Counted from the stretch's first letter, positions 29,090 through 41,258 are shown. The stretch is 64,000 bases of DNA from Atribacterota bacterium (GCA_040767965.1 JAXGNR010000006.1:32001-96000), one strand, 5' to 3'. Notes: generated by a model from the letters alone, not told the origin. Program-made: numbers and translations.

Positions 29090-29974
29090 TTACTTTTTTA
29101 TCCCGGCCAAAATAATAAAGTCTGCAGTTATTTTATTAATTTGACAATAATTATCTTCTGAGACTTTTTTTTCTTTTATCCTCCAGGAAAGAGGAGTCAT
29201 TTCAATAAAAGGCAGAATATCATTATTATTTATTTCCTGCTGATAGGAAAAGTGCTGTTGATTGATAATTTTAAAGTTTTTTTGAAAAAGATTAATTATT
29301 TCCTTATTGGAAGAGGGTTTTCCCTCAGATTTGGGAGAAAGTATTTTTCTAATTTCCTGTAGATAAAAAACTCCGGGAATAACCTTTATTAAAAAACCAT
29401 TATCCTTCAATATCCTGTTGAATTCAAAGTAGTTAGCTGGAGAAAGGATATTTATAATGAAATCAAACTGCTTGTCATTCAACGGGCTATTAGCCAGGTC
29501 AGCAACACTCCAGATGTGTCCCGGGAATTCCCTGGAAGCGATATGAATTCCTTCTCTGGGAAACATTACCAAGTCTTATTCTAACAGGAGTTCTTGCAAT
29601 TTTGAATGTCGACGAATATATTCAACAAATTTACCAGATTTGTACCTTCTCCGCAGCCGGCATCTAATATTTTGGAATCTTTGATTTTGTATAATGCTTC
29701 TCTGTTTGCAACATAAAATTACCAATCTCAGTTATTAATTTTTCAAAAATCCATTCTGGAGAACAGTTTTATGGTGAATAAATCATTATCATATTTTGAA
29801 TGAATAGTATTTTAACAGATTAATATAGCCATTTCTGGATAGATCAAAACAGTGGCCTGTTGTGCAAATTAGAGATTTTTCTTGCAATAGCATCTTCTGT
29901 CTACAGACTGGACATCTGAATAAATTCAAATTATCTTCAATTAATTTTTTGGTTATCTCTATCTTTTTTTTCAT
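29090..29974 (-). pseudogene. rlmA: RlmA-like 23S rRNA m1G methyltransferase, multiply frameshifted
   Basis: FRCPVC...C..GHCFDLSRNGYINLL zinc finger; ILDAGCGEG fragment; EMTPL C-terminus in a separate frame. Confidence 0.85.
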
Positions 29975-30004
29975 AAGATCCTGTTTAATTAAAGTTATAC
30001 AATT

Positions 30005-31264
30005 TTAGCTTAATAGCAAATTTTTTGCTAATTTTTAAGCAGTAAAATAGTTAGAATCGGCATGCTCGGAGACTTTGGTAAAACACTAGCATCACAAACA
30101 TAAAGATTTTCAATTCTGTCTGTAAATTATCAACAATTTTACCAATTAACGTTCCTCCAGTGATGAGCTCCTGAATTTTAGAAAATAATATTGGACCATT
30201 AAAATCTCTTTTGCAATAGCTGATCCTTTCTTTAATCTTTGCCGATCCTTTTCGGTAATTGGTTTAGAAATTGTACTATTTGGATAAACATGGCCATTAG
30301 CTTCGTCACTAGTTTTGTTCATTATTCCAATCAGCCGGTTTATAGGTAAAGTAAGTCCTTTGGCTCCCAGTCGATATGAGCCTGACCATCGGATTAACAT
30401 TTATATATGTTGATAAAATAAAACCCTGTTTTTCATGAAATTCACTGCAAATTAAGGTCATAGCAGGTTCATCTTTTTGACTAATATTGGAAGTAACTCC
30501 ATAAGTATTAATGAACAAATCGACAAAGAGCCCTGATCCCGCTTTTAGAATTCCAGAATTTTGCAGTATAATCGGCGAACCTAAACCGCCAGCGGTCAGA
30601 ATAATTATATCGGCAAAATAATCTTTACTTCCGTTTTGCCCTATTGCCCTTACTCCTGTCGCTTTACCATTCTTTGAAAGAACCTGTTCTGCTGAAACAT
30701 TATATTCAATTTTAGCCCCATGTTCTAATGCTTGATCCAGATAATTTAAAGCTGTCCATTTAGCATCTTTAGTACAACCAAAGAACATTGGCCACATTTT
30801 TTGCATTTTTCAGGATCAACAAATTTCAGCATTGGTTGCATCTTATAGCCTAAAGTTTTTGCTGCTTTCATTATACTATTTGAACCTGTTGTTAAATATT
30901 TTTCAGGAAAAGGATTGATATTCATTTCTTTTTCAGTTTCAATAAACTCATCTTCCAGATCTAATCCCATATCCAGAAGTTCTTTTGTAAACAACGAGTC
31001 CTATTTCCGCAAGAAAAACCAAAGTAGATCCTCCAGCCATAATAGTCCTCCAGATAATAACACCTTCTTTTGATTTTTTAGGAATTCTTGTTAATCTGTT
31101 TACATCATAGAATCGAAGGGAATCCTGAAATGAACCTAATTTTTTTCATAGTTACCTTTTTCCAGAATAAATACTGAATGACCTTTCCTGCTCAACTCTT
31201 TTGCTATAGTTGATCCTCCAGCACCAGAGCCAATAATTAAAAAATCCCACCTTTTCTTTGTCAT
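30005..31264 (-). pseudogene. GMC-family FAD oxidoreductase, multiply frameshifted
   Basis: IIGSGAGG, CKKCGQC..GC, AGGLGSPIILQNSG and NLYVCDASVLP, spread across several frames. Confidence 0.85.
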
Positions 31265-31320
31265 AAAACAAAACCTCTTTTGTAAAAAATTTCAAGGAGT
31301 AGATCAAAATTTTCTAGTTT

Positions 31321-32260
31321 CTAGTAAGAATTATTTCTTTTTTTACCATAAGCATATACAACATTAAGAGTCAGTTTATTAACATTATTTTCCTTGTGTA
31401 ACATTTTTTTTTATTTTTTCCATAATAACAGGCAAATCTTTAACTGGAATTGAGGCTGACCAAAAATTAGCAGATGAAGATGCTGTAAAATTAAACATTT
31501 CAGATCCATTCCTGTGGCAGTCTTCCCAGGTTGATTGTTTTGTTATTATTTCTGTCAACTCTTCGTTTTGATAAAATTCAATCATTTGTGAACAAGTTCT
31601 AGGCCAAAAAGCTACCCTATAACCGAGAATATATTTTTTTGGAACAATATCAACTATTGTTTTGATAAATTCCAGATAGTGTTTGGGACCATGAGTTGCT
31701 AAAGCAATAATACCTCCCGGCTTAACCAATCTGACTATTTCTCTAAGCATTCTCTCCTGGTTTGGCACTAGACCAAATACCATGCTGGACAAAATAATAT
31801 CAAAAAAATTATCCTCAAAAGGAAGATTTTCAGCATCAGCCACTTTGTTTCAATTAAATTTAAAGGATAGCCATTAGTCTGAATTTTTTTCTTTTCAAAT
31901 CTCTATCATAAATTCAGATATATCTACTGCTGCTATTTTTTAGCTCCACCTGCTATTAACATCATGGATAAGATCCTTTAAGGCAACCTAAATCTAAAAT
32001 ATATTTATCTTTAATGTTAATGTTTTCTAATAATTCTCTTGCTATTTTATTGTAATGATTAAAAGCATACAGATCATAATATTTGACATCTTCTGTTATT
32101 TTTCCATTATAAGAATCTTCTGTTCTTTCTTTCATTATTGAAGTATTTTTAATACTTCCATTGATAAAGGAAAAATATTACTTATGTTTAAAATAACTCT
32201 TTCCAGTAATGGCAATTCTCCAGTCCAAAAATATCCGGGGTTTTTCTTATATTTTTTCAT
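31321..32260 (-). pseudogene. Class I SAM-dependent methyltransferase, fragmented
   Basis: ADAENLPFEDNFFD and RLVKPGG motifs; upstream ILDLG and AVDISE pieces broken by indels. Confidence 0.78.
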
Positions 32261-32683
32261 TGCAATATATTTCCTTTTTGTATGTAATAATATTTTAATT
32301 TTCTGGCTTTGAATGTTTAAAATATAGTTTTTCTTTAATGGGTTATCTTAATCCTTGCTTAGGAATTTAATTAAAATAAATTAAGAAAAATCTTTTAAAT
32401 ATTACAAATATTACAAAGAACTATTTATTTTATTGGTGTAGAACATATTTTTAATTGTTAAGGTATTATATGTAGAAATTAGTGTAGTGGAAACATTCAG
32501 CCATTAATTCAAAATAGACAAAATTTATTTGAATATTTTTTATTAATTATACCATAATGCTAATAAGATTATGCAAATTTCTCATTAAAAACAAACAGAA
32601 TATTTTGTTCAATACATTTTAAAATAGTAAAATAAAAAAAGAGGTCTAAATAAAAATATTAAAAACAGATAGGAGTTCATAAA

Positions 32684-33324
32684 ATGAAAAATAGAAATTG
32701 GTTGGTTACCAGTTTATTTCTCTTCTTTTTTCTTTCATAGCACTAATATTTACCGTCTCATTAGCAGCACAGGAGTTTTCTTCCCAGATTAAGATTACTC
32801 AACCAAAGGAAACATATTTATATAATTATTTTGTAAAAGATCATCTATATCGGCTGGAGGGTGAAGACAGCAGTGGGGAACCTATGGTTATAATCGCTAA
32901 CCGACAATAGGATTCTTATTTTGGCTTGCATCCGATTATGAAGTTTTATATGGGATTTACCAGAGAAGAAATTTTCTTATTCAATCCTATAATTGGATGG
33001 GAAATGATCACTGAGGGATATCATGAAGAAAAAGTTAGCTCAGAAATGCTAAATGGTTTGGAATGTGAAAAATATATCTATTCCAGGGAGGGAATGGAAG
33101 GGATTATTGAGTCCTGGTATTCACCTGAATTAAAACAACAGGTAAAAGTCATTATTCCTTTAATGCATTCTGAACAAAGCACTTTTGAATTACTCAACAT
33201 ACAAGTGGGAACTCAGGATGAAAAATATTTTATCATACCTGATGATTATATTGAATTATCATCTATGGAAGATGCAGAAAAACAAATTCAAACCGAAATA
33301 GGTATCGAGGAAAGTGCTTCATGA
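32684..33324 (+). pseudogene. Exported DUF4412-like protein with a frameshift in the signal peptide and an in-frame TAG
   Basis: SD plus ATG 32684; TAG at 32908-32910 joins same-frame ORFs; E.LNGLECEKY..W and F.IP.DY pattern. Confidence 0.65.
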
Positions 33325-33681
33325 ATTTGGATACATTTGAAGAAAAAGATTCTGATTCTGAATGAATACTATCTTTTTGTTAAATTATTAAAAAATAAAT
33401 TGAACATTAGATTGATTTTGCATCACAACACTTTTGCCTTATAATATAATTATAAGAATTACATTGTAAATAAGATAATAATAATTTGTAAGAATTAACT
33501 TATTGAATTTATACTTGACTTTTAATTTTTTGCTTAATAAAATATAGCTATTAAATTTGAATTAATATATTTCTAGATATATTTGAAATTATACATAAAC
33601 ACCACACCAATGTAGCCCAATCAAAACAACTTGCAATTTTCTAAAATATTCATACGAAAAGAAAATAGGTAAAATTATAAA

Positions 33682-33966
33682 ATGACAAATAAAAAAAAGA
33701 AGTTTGATATTTATCAGGAAGCTCCTTCAAATGAAAAATATTTTTATTTAAACAACAAGATACCATTAAAAAATCTGGCAGAGTTAATAGAGCAGCTTAC
33801 AAAAATTGATCAAGAAACAATTAAATGCCATGTTAATAAAAAAAATAATGATTTTGCCAAATGGGTGCGTGATGTATTTGGAGAAAAAGAACTGGCAAGG
33901 AGAATGAAAATGTCTCGCTCTCCACAGGGAATGCTAAAATCTATTACAAAATTTTTAGAAGGTTAA
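33682..33966 (+). CDS. DUF5752-like small protein
   Basis: LKNLAEL...HV...NDFAKWVRDV...ELA pattern; lies upstream of the glg cluster. Confidence 0.7.
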   Translation: MTNKKKKFDIYQEAPSNEKYFYLNNKIPLKNLAELIEQLTKIDQETIKCHVNKKNNDFAKWVRDVFGEKELARRMKMSRSPQGMLKSITKFLEG

Positions 33967-33997
33967 TTATTAATATAAAATAGAAGGGATTTTTCAA

Positions 33998-36001
33998 ATA
34001 AATAATTTAAAAGACTTTAACGGGAAACAAAGAGTTGTAATTGAAAATGTGCAACCTGAAATTAATAACGGAAAATTCAATATAAAAAAAACTGTTGGTG
34101 AAAGTGTTATTGTTTCTGCAGATATTTACGCTGACGGACATGATCAACTTCTGGCAAATTTACTTTTTCGAAAAAATGGAGAAAAAAAATGGCAGAAAAT
34201 AAGAATGGAACATCTGGTAAATGATCTCTGGCAGAGTGAATTCAAAGTTATACAACCGGGCCTTTATGAATATTCCCTGGAAGCAATGGTTGACCAACTC
34301 TCAACATGGTGGCATGATATTCAAAAAAAAGTTGCTACCGGGACTAATATCCTGGTTGACATAAAAAGCGGGCTTCCCATTCTGACTGAATCAATGAAAA
34401 AAATAAAGGAGTCTGACAAAAAAACAGCAATCCAGGAAATCTTAGCTCTTATTCAACTCGATAAAGAGCAAGATATTTTAATTAAAAAATTAGAAAATCT
34501 TTTAACTGTTGAATTTATACAAAAATATTCAGTCCCAAATGACATTACCTGTTATCATAACATACTAAAGGTAACTGTTGATCGCAAAAGGGCCGGGTTT
34601 AGTGCCTGGTATGAAATATTCCCTCGCTCCTGCTCAAACAAGACCGATCAACATGGCAATTTTGATGATTGTTTACAAAAAATACCGGAAATTTCCCAAA
34701 TGGGTTTTAATGTATTATATTTTCCTCCGATACACCCTATTGGAATTACTCATCGCAAAGGAAAAAATAATTCTATTGTTGCAGAAAAAAATGATCCGGG
34801 CAGTCCATGGGCTATTGGAAATAAATCAGGAGGACATATGGCTTTACATCCGCAGCTGGGAAGTTTTTCTGATTTTCAAAAAGTTGTACAAAAAGCAGCC
34901 CAATTTGGAATGGAAATCGCTCTGGATTTAGCTTTTCAGTGTTCTCCCGATCATCCATACATCAAAGAACACCCTGAATGGTTTCGCTGGCGCGTAGATG
35001 GGACAATTCAGTACGCCGAAAACCCTCCCAAAAAATATGAAGATATAGTTCCCTTTAATTTTGAAACAGAAAACTGGCAGAGTCTATGGGAAGAATTAAA
35101 GAATATTGTTGTTTTTTGGATTAAGCAGGGAATTAAAATATTCAGAGTTGATAATCCTCACACTAAACCTTTTCTTTTTTGGGAATGGCTAATTAATTAT
35201 ATCAAAAAAGATTACCCGGAAGTAATATTCCTGGCTGAAGCATTTACTAGACCTAAAATTATGTACAGATTAGCTAAACTTGGATTCAGCCAGTCTTATA
35301 CTTATTTTACCTGGCGAAACACCAAACAGGAGCTAATAGAATACCTTACTGAATTAACTCAGTCTCAGGTAAAAGATTTTTTCCGTCCTAATTTTTGGCC
35401 AAATACACCTGATATCCTTTCTGAGTATTTACAAGCTGATGGAAAACCTGCATTCATAATTAGATTTATCCTTGCAGCTACACTTTCATCAAACTATGGT
35501 ATTTATGGACCACCTTATGAAAGATTTATCAATAAGGCTATCAGTGGCAAGGAAGAATATTATAACTCAGAAAAATATGAACTTAAAAACTGGCCATCAG
35601 AAGAAGTAAAAGAAAATGTTCATGATTTATTTGCCAAAATAAATAAAATCAGGGAGGAAAATCCTGAATTTCATAAAACGAATAATATTTTATTTTTACC
35701 AGTTGAAAACAATCAACTACTTTACTATGCAAAATTTAACGAGCAAAACACCGATGCTATTCTGGTTATTGTTAATCTTGACCCTAACTATACCCAGTCC
35801 GGTTGGATAAAAATACCGCTTGCTGAGCTGGGTATCTCAGCTGATCAGTCTTTTCTGGCTCATGATTTATTAGGCGGAGGACAATATATCTGGCAAGGTG
35901 AGTTCAATTATGTAGAATTAAATCCATATGTACTGCCTGCCCATATAATTAAAATTAAAAAATACTTAAAAAAAGAAAATCAATTTGATTATTTTAACTA
36001 G
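33998..36001 (+). CDS. glgE: Alpha-1,4-glucan:maltose-1-phosphate maltosyltransferase
   Basis: WYEIFPRS, YAENPPKKYEDI, FRVDNPHTKP and NTPDIL motifs. Start uncertain (ATA 33998 or GTG 34049). Confidence 0.95.
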   Translation: MNNLKDFNGKQRVVIENVQPEINNGKFNIKKTVGESVIVSADIYADGHDQLLANLLFRKNGEKKWQKIRMEHLVNDLWQSEFKVIQPGLYEYSLEAMVDQLSTWWHDIQKKVATGTNILVDIKSGLPILTESMKKIKESDKKTAIQEILALIQLDKEQDILIKKLENLLTVEFIQKYSVPNDITCYHNILKVTVDRKRAGFSAWYEIFPRSCSNKTDQHGNFDDCLQKIPEISQMGFNVLYFPPIHPIGITHRKGKNNSIVAEKNDPGSPWAIGNKSGGHMALHPQLGSFSDFQKVVQKAAQFGMEIALDLAFQCSPDHPYIKEHPEWFRWRVDGTIQYAENPPKKYEDIVPFNFETENWQSLWEELKNIVVFWIKQGIKIFRVDNPHTKPFLFWEWLINYIKKDYPEVIFLAEAFTRPKIMYRLAKLGFSQSYTYFTWRNTKQELIEYLTELTQSQVKDFFRPNFWPNTPDILSEYLQADGKPAFIIRFILAATLSSNYGIYGPPYERFINKAISGKEEYYNSEKYELKNWPSEEVKENVHDLFAKINKIREENPEFHKTNNILFLPVENNQLLYYAKFNEQNTDAILVIVNLDPNYTQSGWIKIPLAELGISADQSFLAHDLLGGGQYIWQGEFNYVELNPYVLPAHIIKIKKYLKKENQFDYFN

Positions 36002-36010
36002 GAGGTATAG

Positions 36011-39000
36011 ATGATCAGTCAGGACGATTTTGCTGAAAACCCTTTATGGTATAAAGATGCGATTATTTATGAACTGCATGTAAAAACGTTTTTTGACAAA
36101 AATGGTGATGGCATTGGTGATTTTAGAGGATTAACTGAAAAACTTGATTATCTGGAAAACCTGGGGATTAATACCATCTGGTTATTACCCTTTTTTCCTT
36201 CTCCCCTCAAAGATGACGGGTATGATATTTCAGATTATTACAGCATTCATCATCATTATGGCAATATGCGCCATTTTAAAAACTTCTTAAATGAAGCCCA
36301 TAAAAGAGAAATGAAAGTCATTATTGAATTGGTCTTAAACCATACTTCTGACCAGCACCAATGGTTTCAGAAGGCTCGTAAAAAAGATGCTCCTAAGAAA
36401 TGGCGGGATTTCTATGTCTGGAGTGATAACCCTAACAAATATCAGGATGCCCGTATAATCTTTCAGGATTTTGAAACTTCTAACTGGACCAGAGATCCGG
36501 AAAATAATAAATATTTTTGGCATCGTTTCTACTCTCATCAACCTGACCTTAATTATGACAATCCCGATGTTCAAAAAGCTATTTTAAAAGTAATTGATTT
36601 CTGGATGAAGATGGGTGTTGATGGAATGAGATTAGATGCAGTCCCTTATCTTTTTGAAAGAGAAGGTACTAATTGTGAAAATCTGCCTGAATCTTTAGAG
36701 TTTTTAAAAAAAATGCGTGCACATTTAGATAAAAATTATAAAAATAGAATGATTCTGGCAGAAGCTAACCAGTGGCCTGAAGATGCTATTCGCTATTTTG
36801 GAGATGGAGATGCTTGTAATATGGCTTTTCATTTTCCATTAATGCCTCGTATGTTTATGGCCTTAAGAATGGAAGATCGTTTTCCAATTGTCGATATTCT
36901 AGAACAAACGCCGGCTATTCCGGATAACTGCCAATGGTCATTGTTCCTCAGAAACCATGATGAATTGACTCTGGAAATGGTTACAGATGAAGAACGGGAT
37001 TATATGTATCGAGTCTATGCCAGAGATACTTCTGCCCGTATTAATTTAGGTATCAGGAGACGTTTAGCTCCATTACTGGAAAATCATCGCCGAAAAATGG
37101 AGATAATGAAAATATTACTCTTTTCCCTGCCTGGCACACCTACAATTTATTATGGAGACGAAATTGGTATGGGAGACAATCATTTCTTAGGTGATCGTGA
37201 TGGTGTCAGGACTCCAATGCAGTGGAGTCCTGACCGTAATGCTGGTTTTTCCCAGACTAATCCCCAAAGGCTTTATTTGCCGGTGATAATTGATCCAGCT
37301 TACCATTATGAAACAGTAAATGTGGAAAATCAGGAACAAAATCAAACTTCTTTTTTCTGGTGGATGAAAAGAGTTATCAATATGCGTAAAAATTACAAAG
37401 CATTTGGTAGAGGAAGTATCAAATTCTTACAACCTGATAACCCGAAAATACTTTCTTTTATCCGCAAATATGAAGACGAAATAATTTTAGTTGTTATAAA
37501 CCTTTCTCGTTTTTCTCAAGTGGCTGAAATAGATTTATCTGAATATGCCGGATATCACCCAATAGAAATATTCAGCAAGAATCAATTTCCTACTATCCAG
37601 GAGAAGCCTTATGTAATGACCATGGGTTTTTATGATTATTTCTGGTTTACATTACAAAAAGAAGAATCCTCTTCCTCGGAAAAAACCGGAAGGCAAATTC
37701 CAGTAATTAAAACAAAAAAAGAATGGACAGAACTCTTTGACAATAGGGCAAAATCAAGAATTGAAAATCAAATTCTACCTAGATTCCTGAAAGAGCAAAG
37801 ATGGTTTGCCAGCAAATCTCAGAAAATACTTAAAGTCAACATCACAGAAACCATTCCTATTAAAAATAGAAAAGGATCTTCTTTAGTACTGCTTGTTAGG
37901 GTTAGTTATACTTCGGGACCAGAAGAGTATTATCATTTACCACTATCTTTTTTAGGAATTGAACAAGCAGTAACATTATTACAGGAAAAGCCGAATTTTA
38001 TCTTATTTCAATATCAATCTCCAAATGCTGATGGGGTAGTTTATGATGCAGTATTAGATGAAAATTTCCATCAAACAATCCTTCAGCTGGTGGCTAAACA
38101 AAGAATTATAAAAACTGCTGAAGGAAAACTAAATTCCTACCCGGGTAAATATTTTAGAAATATCCGGAAAATGATAAGCTCTTTTGAACGTTCCAATCTT
38201 TTAGGTGCAGATCAAAGCAATACTTCAATTTTATATGGACATGAGCTAATCTATAAGTTATTCCGAAAACTTGATGAAGGAATAAATCCGGATTTGGAAA
38301 TAGTGAAATATATTACTGAAAAAACTGATTACCGAAATGTACCTTCTTTTGCAGGAGCAATAGAATATCAGAAAAAAGATGGTTCTCTGGTAACTTTAGG
38401 CATTCTCTATCCTTTTGTACAAAGTGAAGGCAACGCTTGGGATTATTCACAAGATTATCTTATCAGATACTATGAGAGAGTTCTATCAAAAATAACTCAA
38501 ATTGAGAAAAATCCTTCTCTTCCATCATCTCTTTTTGAAAAATTGGACGAAGACGTACCGGAAATGATGCAGGAGCTTATTGGTGCTCCATTTCTGGAAA
38601 TGTCTCATCAATTGGGGAAAAGAACTGCTGAATTACATCAGGCACTAGCACAACCTACTCAGAACTCTGCTTTTAAGCCTGAATCTTACTCATTGCTTTA
38701 CCAGCGTTCAATTTATCAGTCAATTCAAAGTCTGGTAAAAAGGACTTTCTTAATCTTAAGAAAAAATAGCAATCAGTGCCCTGAGAATATTCAGGAAGAC
38801 CTGAAAGAAGTACTATCTTTGGAGTCAACTATTATCAATCATTGCAGGAAGGTTTTATCTAAAAAGATTAAAACCAAAAAAATCAGAATACATGGTGATT
38901 ACCACCTGGGCCAGGTTCTTTACACAGGAAACGATTTTTATATAATTGACTTTGAAGGTGAACCTGCCAGACCTCTGGGAGAAAGAAGATTAAAACGCTC

Positions 39001-39349
39001 ACCACTGAAAGATGTAGCGGGAATGCTCCGTTCTTTTCATTATGCTGCCTTTGCACCGTTGATGCAAAATAAAATTGCTGGAGAATATGAAGATCTGGAA
39101 TACTGGGCAAAATTATGGACATATTATGTTAGTAAAACTTTCCTCAATGCCTATCTGAAACATATTGAATCTTCAGAAATTATACCTGAAGAGAGAGAAG
39201 AAATAAGCAAACTGCTTACTATTTATTTGCTGGAAAAATCAGTTTATGAGGTAGGATATGAAATAAACAATCGACCTAACTGGCTGTCAATTCCTTTAAA
39301 AGGAATACTATATGAGATAGGGGCTATTAATAATGAAGAAAAAGAATAA
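36011..39349 (+). CDS. treS: Trehalose synthase-maltokinase (TreS-Mak/Pep2) fusion
   Basis: RLDAVPY, AEANQ and FLRNHDELTLE motifs; C-terminal QRWF, QSNTS, IHGDYHLGQVL and DFEGEP. Confidence 0.96.
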   Translation: MISQDDFAENPLWYKDAIIYELHVKTFFDKNGDGIGDFRGLTEKLDYLENLGINTIWLLPFFPSPLKDDGYDISDYYSIHHHYGNMRHFKNFLNEAHKREMKVIIELVLNHTSDQHQWFQKARKKDAPKKWRDFYVWSDNPNKYQDARIIFQDFETSNWTRDPENNKYFWHRFYSHQPDLNYDNPDVQKAILKVIDFWMKMGVDGMRLDAVPYLFEREGTNCENLPESLEFLKKMRAHLDKNYKNRMILAEANQWPEDAIRYFGDGDACNMAFHFPLMPRMFMALRMEDRFPIVDILEQTPAIPDNCQWSLFLRNHDELTLEMVTDEERDYMYRVYARDTSARINLGIRRRLAPLLENHRRKMEIMKILLFSLPGTPTIYYGDEIGMGDNHFLGDRDGVRTPMQWSPDRNAGFSQTNPQRLYLPVIIDPAYHYETVNVENQEQNQTSFFWWMKRVINMRKNYKAFGRGSIKFLQPDNPKILSFIRKYEDEIILVVINLSRFSQVAEIDLSEYAGYHPIEIFSKNQFPTIQEKPYVMTMGFYDYFWFTLQKEESSSSEKTGRQIPVIKTKKEWTELFDNRAKSRIENQILPRFLKEQRWFASKSQKILKVNITETIPIKNRKGSSLVLLVRVSYTSGPEEYYHLPLSFLGIEQAVTLLQEKPNFILFQYQSPNADGVVYDAVLDENFHQTILQLVAKQRIIKTAEGKLNSYPGKYFRNIRKMISSFERSNLLGADQSNTSILYGHELIYKLFRKLDEGINPDLEIVKYITEKTDYRNVPSFAGAIEYQKKDGSLVTLGILYPFVQSEGNAWDYSQDYLIRYYERVLSKITQIEKNPSLPSSLFEKLDEDVPEMMQELIGAPFLEMSHQLGKRTAELHQALAQPTQNSAFKPESYSLLYQRSIYQSIQSLVKRTFLILRKNSNQCPENIQEDLKEVLSLESTIINHCRKVLSKKIKTKKIRIHGDYHLGQVLYTGNDFYIIDFEGEPARPLGERRLKRSPLKDVAGMLRSFHYAAFAPLMQNKIAGEYEDLEYWAKLWTYYVSKTFLNAYLKHIESSEIIPEEREEISKLLTIYLLEKSVYEVGYEINNRPNWLSIPLKGILYEIGAINNEEKE

Positions 39350-41258
39350 AATATTTTATACAGATTCTATTCTAAGTAAAGATGATGTTTTTCTTTTTAA
39401 TGAGGGAACACATTATCAATTATATAAGCACCTGGGAGCACATCCTGGTAATATAAATGGTAGAAATGGTTTTCATTTTGCGGTTTGGGCTCCTAATGCT
39501 GAATCTGTTTCGGTGATTGGCGATTTTAATAACTGGAAACCCGACATTCATAAATTACAGCAGCTGCATACTGGAAGCGGTATCTGGGAAGGTTTTGTCA
39601 CCGATTTGGAGATTGGGGAAAAATATAAATATCATATCCAATCCAAACATCAGCAATATTGCGTAAATAAGAGAGATCCCTATGCTTTTTATGGTGAAAA
39701 ACCACCCTTAACAGCATCCTTGTTATGGGAATTAAAGTATCAATGGCAGGACCAGATCTGGATGGATAATAGAAAAGAAATAAACAGATTAGATAAACCA
39801 TTTTCAATATATGAAGTGCATATTGGTTCCTGGAGAAGAAAATTAAAACCGGAAAATGATTTTCTTAATTATCGGGAATTAGCTGTAGAACTATCCCAAT
39901 ACTGCAAAGAATGTGGTTTTACCCATATAGAGCTTTTGCCGATAATGGAACACCCTTTTTATGGATCCTGGGGGTATCAAACTGTTGGATACTTCTCCCC
40001 TACCAGCCGTTATGGCACACCACATGATTTCATGTATTTTGTTGATTATATGCATCAGCAGGGAATTGGCATTATCTTAGATTGGGTACCTTCCCATTTT
40101 CCAGGAGATGAGCATGGCCTGGTATATTTTGATGGCACCCATTTGTATGAACATGCTGATCCGAAACAGGGATTTCATCCTGACTGGAATAGTTATATAT
40201 TCAATTATGGCAGAAAAGAAGTCCAATCATTTTTAATCAGCAATGCCCTCTTCTGGCTGGATAACTATCATATAGATGGATTAAGAGTTGATGCTGTGGC
40301 CTCAATGCTTTATCTGGATTATTCCCGGGAAGAAGGAGAATGGGTACCAAATCGTTTTGGTGGAAGAGAAAATTTAGAAGCTATTTCTTTTATTAAGAAA
40401 TTAAATGAAAATTGTTATTCTTTTTTCCCTGGTATACAAATGATTGCTGAAGAATCCACTGCCTGGCCAATGGTTTCCAGACCTACCTATCTGGGGGGCC
40501 TTGGTTTTGGAATGAAATGGAATATGGGCTGGATGCATGACACTCTTTCTTATATTTCCAGAGATCCAATTTATCGAAAATATCATCATCAGGAGCTTAC
40601 TTTCAGTTTAATATATTCATTTAATGAAAATTTTGTCCTTTCTTTATCTCATGATGAGGTAACCCATGGTAAAAAATCATTACTGGAAAAGATGCCTGGA
40701 GATGATTGGCAAAAATTTGCTAATTTACGTCTTCTATCAGGCTATATGTTTGCTCATCCAGGGAAAAAACTTCTGTTTATGGGAGATGAATTTGGACAGA
40801 GACAAGAATGGCAACATGACTATTCTCTGGACTGGCACTTGCTTGAAGACCAAAAGCACGCTGGATTATTAAAATGGATTCAAGACCTTAACCATCTTTA
40901 CAAGGAAGAAAAATCCCTGTATGAAGTGGATTTTGAAAGTTCAGGTTTTCGATGGATAGAGAGTAATGACTGGAATAATAGCGTACTGGTTTTCTTGAGA
41001 AAAAGCAAATCCGATAAAGAAAAAATAATAGCCATCTGTAATTTTGTCCCTACCGTCTGGTACAATTATCGTATTGGAGTGCCTGAAAACGGAACCTGGA
41101 AGGAAATTCTCAATAGCGACGCCTTAATATATGGAGGAAGTGGCCAAGGGAATATGGGTGAAGTTTTAGCGACGCCTATACCTATGCATGGTTCTGATTT
41201 TTCTATCAATATAACTATACCACCTCTTGGTATTATATTTTTAAAAAAAGGAAAATAG
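39333..41258 (+). CDS. glgB: 1,4-alpha-glucan branching enzyme
   Basis: VWAPNA, YEVHIGSW, RVDAVASMLY, AEESTAW and SHDEV motifs. Confidence 0.97.
   Translation: MKKKNKIFYTDSILSKDDVFLFNEGTHYQLYKHLGAHPGNINGRNGFHFAVWAPNAESVSVIGDFNNWKPDIHKLQQLHTGSGIWEGFVTDLEIGEKYKYHIQSKHQQYCVNKRDPYAFYGEKPPLTASLLWELKYQWQDQIWMDNRKEINRLDKPFSIYEVHIGSWRRKLKPENDFLNYRELAVELSQYCKECGFTHIELLPIMEHPFYGSWGYQTVGYFSPTSRYGTPHDFMYFVDYMHQQGIGIILDWVPSHFPGDEHGLVYFDGTHLYEHADPKQGFHPDWNSYIFNYGRKEVQSFLISNALFWLDNYHIDGLRVDAVASMLYLDYSREEGEWVPNRFGGRENLEAISFIKKLNENCYSFFPGIQMIAEESTAWPMVSRPTYLGGLGFGMKWNMGWMHDTLSYISRDPIYRKYHHQELTFSLIYSFNENFVLSLSHDEVTHGKKSLLEKMPGDDWQKFANLRLLSGYMFAHPGKKLLFMGDEFGQRQEWQHDYSLDWHLLEDQKHAGLLKWIQDLNHLYKEEKSLYEVDFESSGFRWIESNDWNNSVLVFLRKSKSDKEKIIAICNFVPTVWYNYRIGVPENGTWKEILNSDALIYGGSGQGNMGEVLATPIPMHGSDFSINITIPPLGIIFLKKGK

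Noticed and set aside
32908-32910. In-frame TAG as possible pyrrolysine or readthrough
   Set aside because: The same gene has a separate frameshift and lies in a decayed block; no pyl genes are in the window
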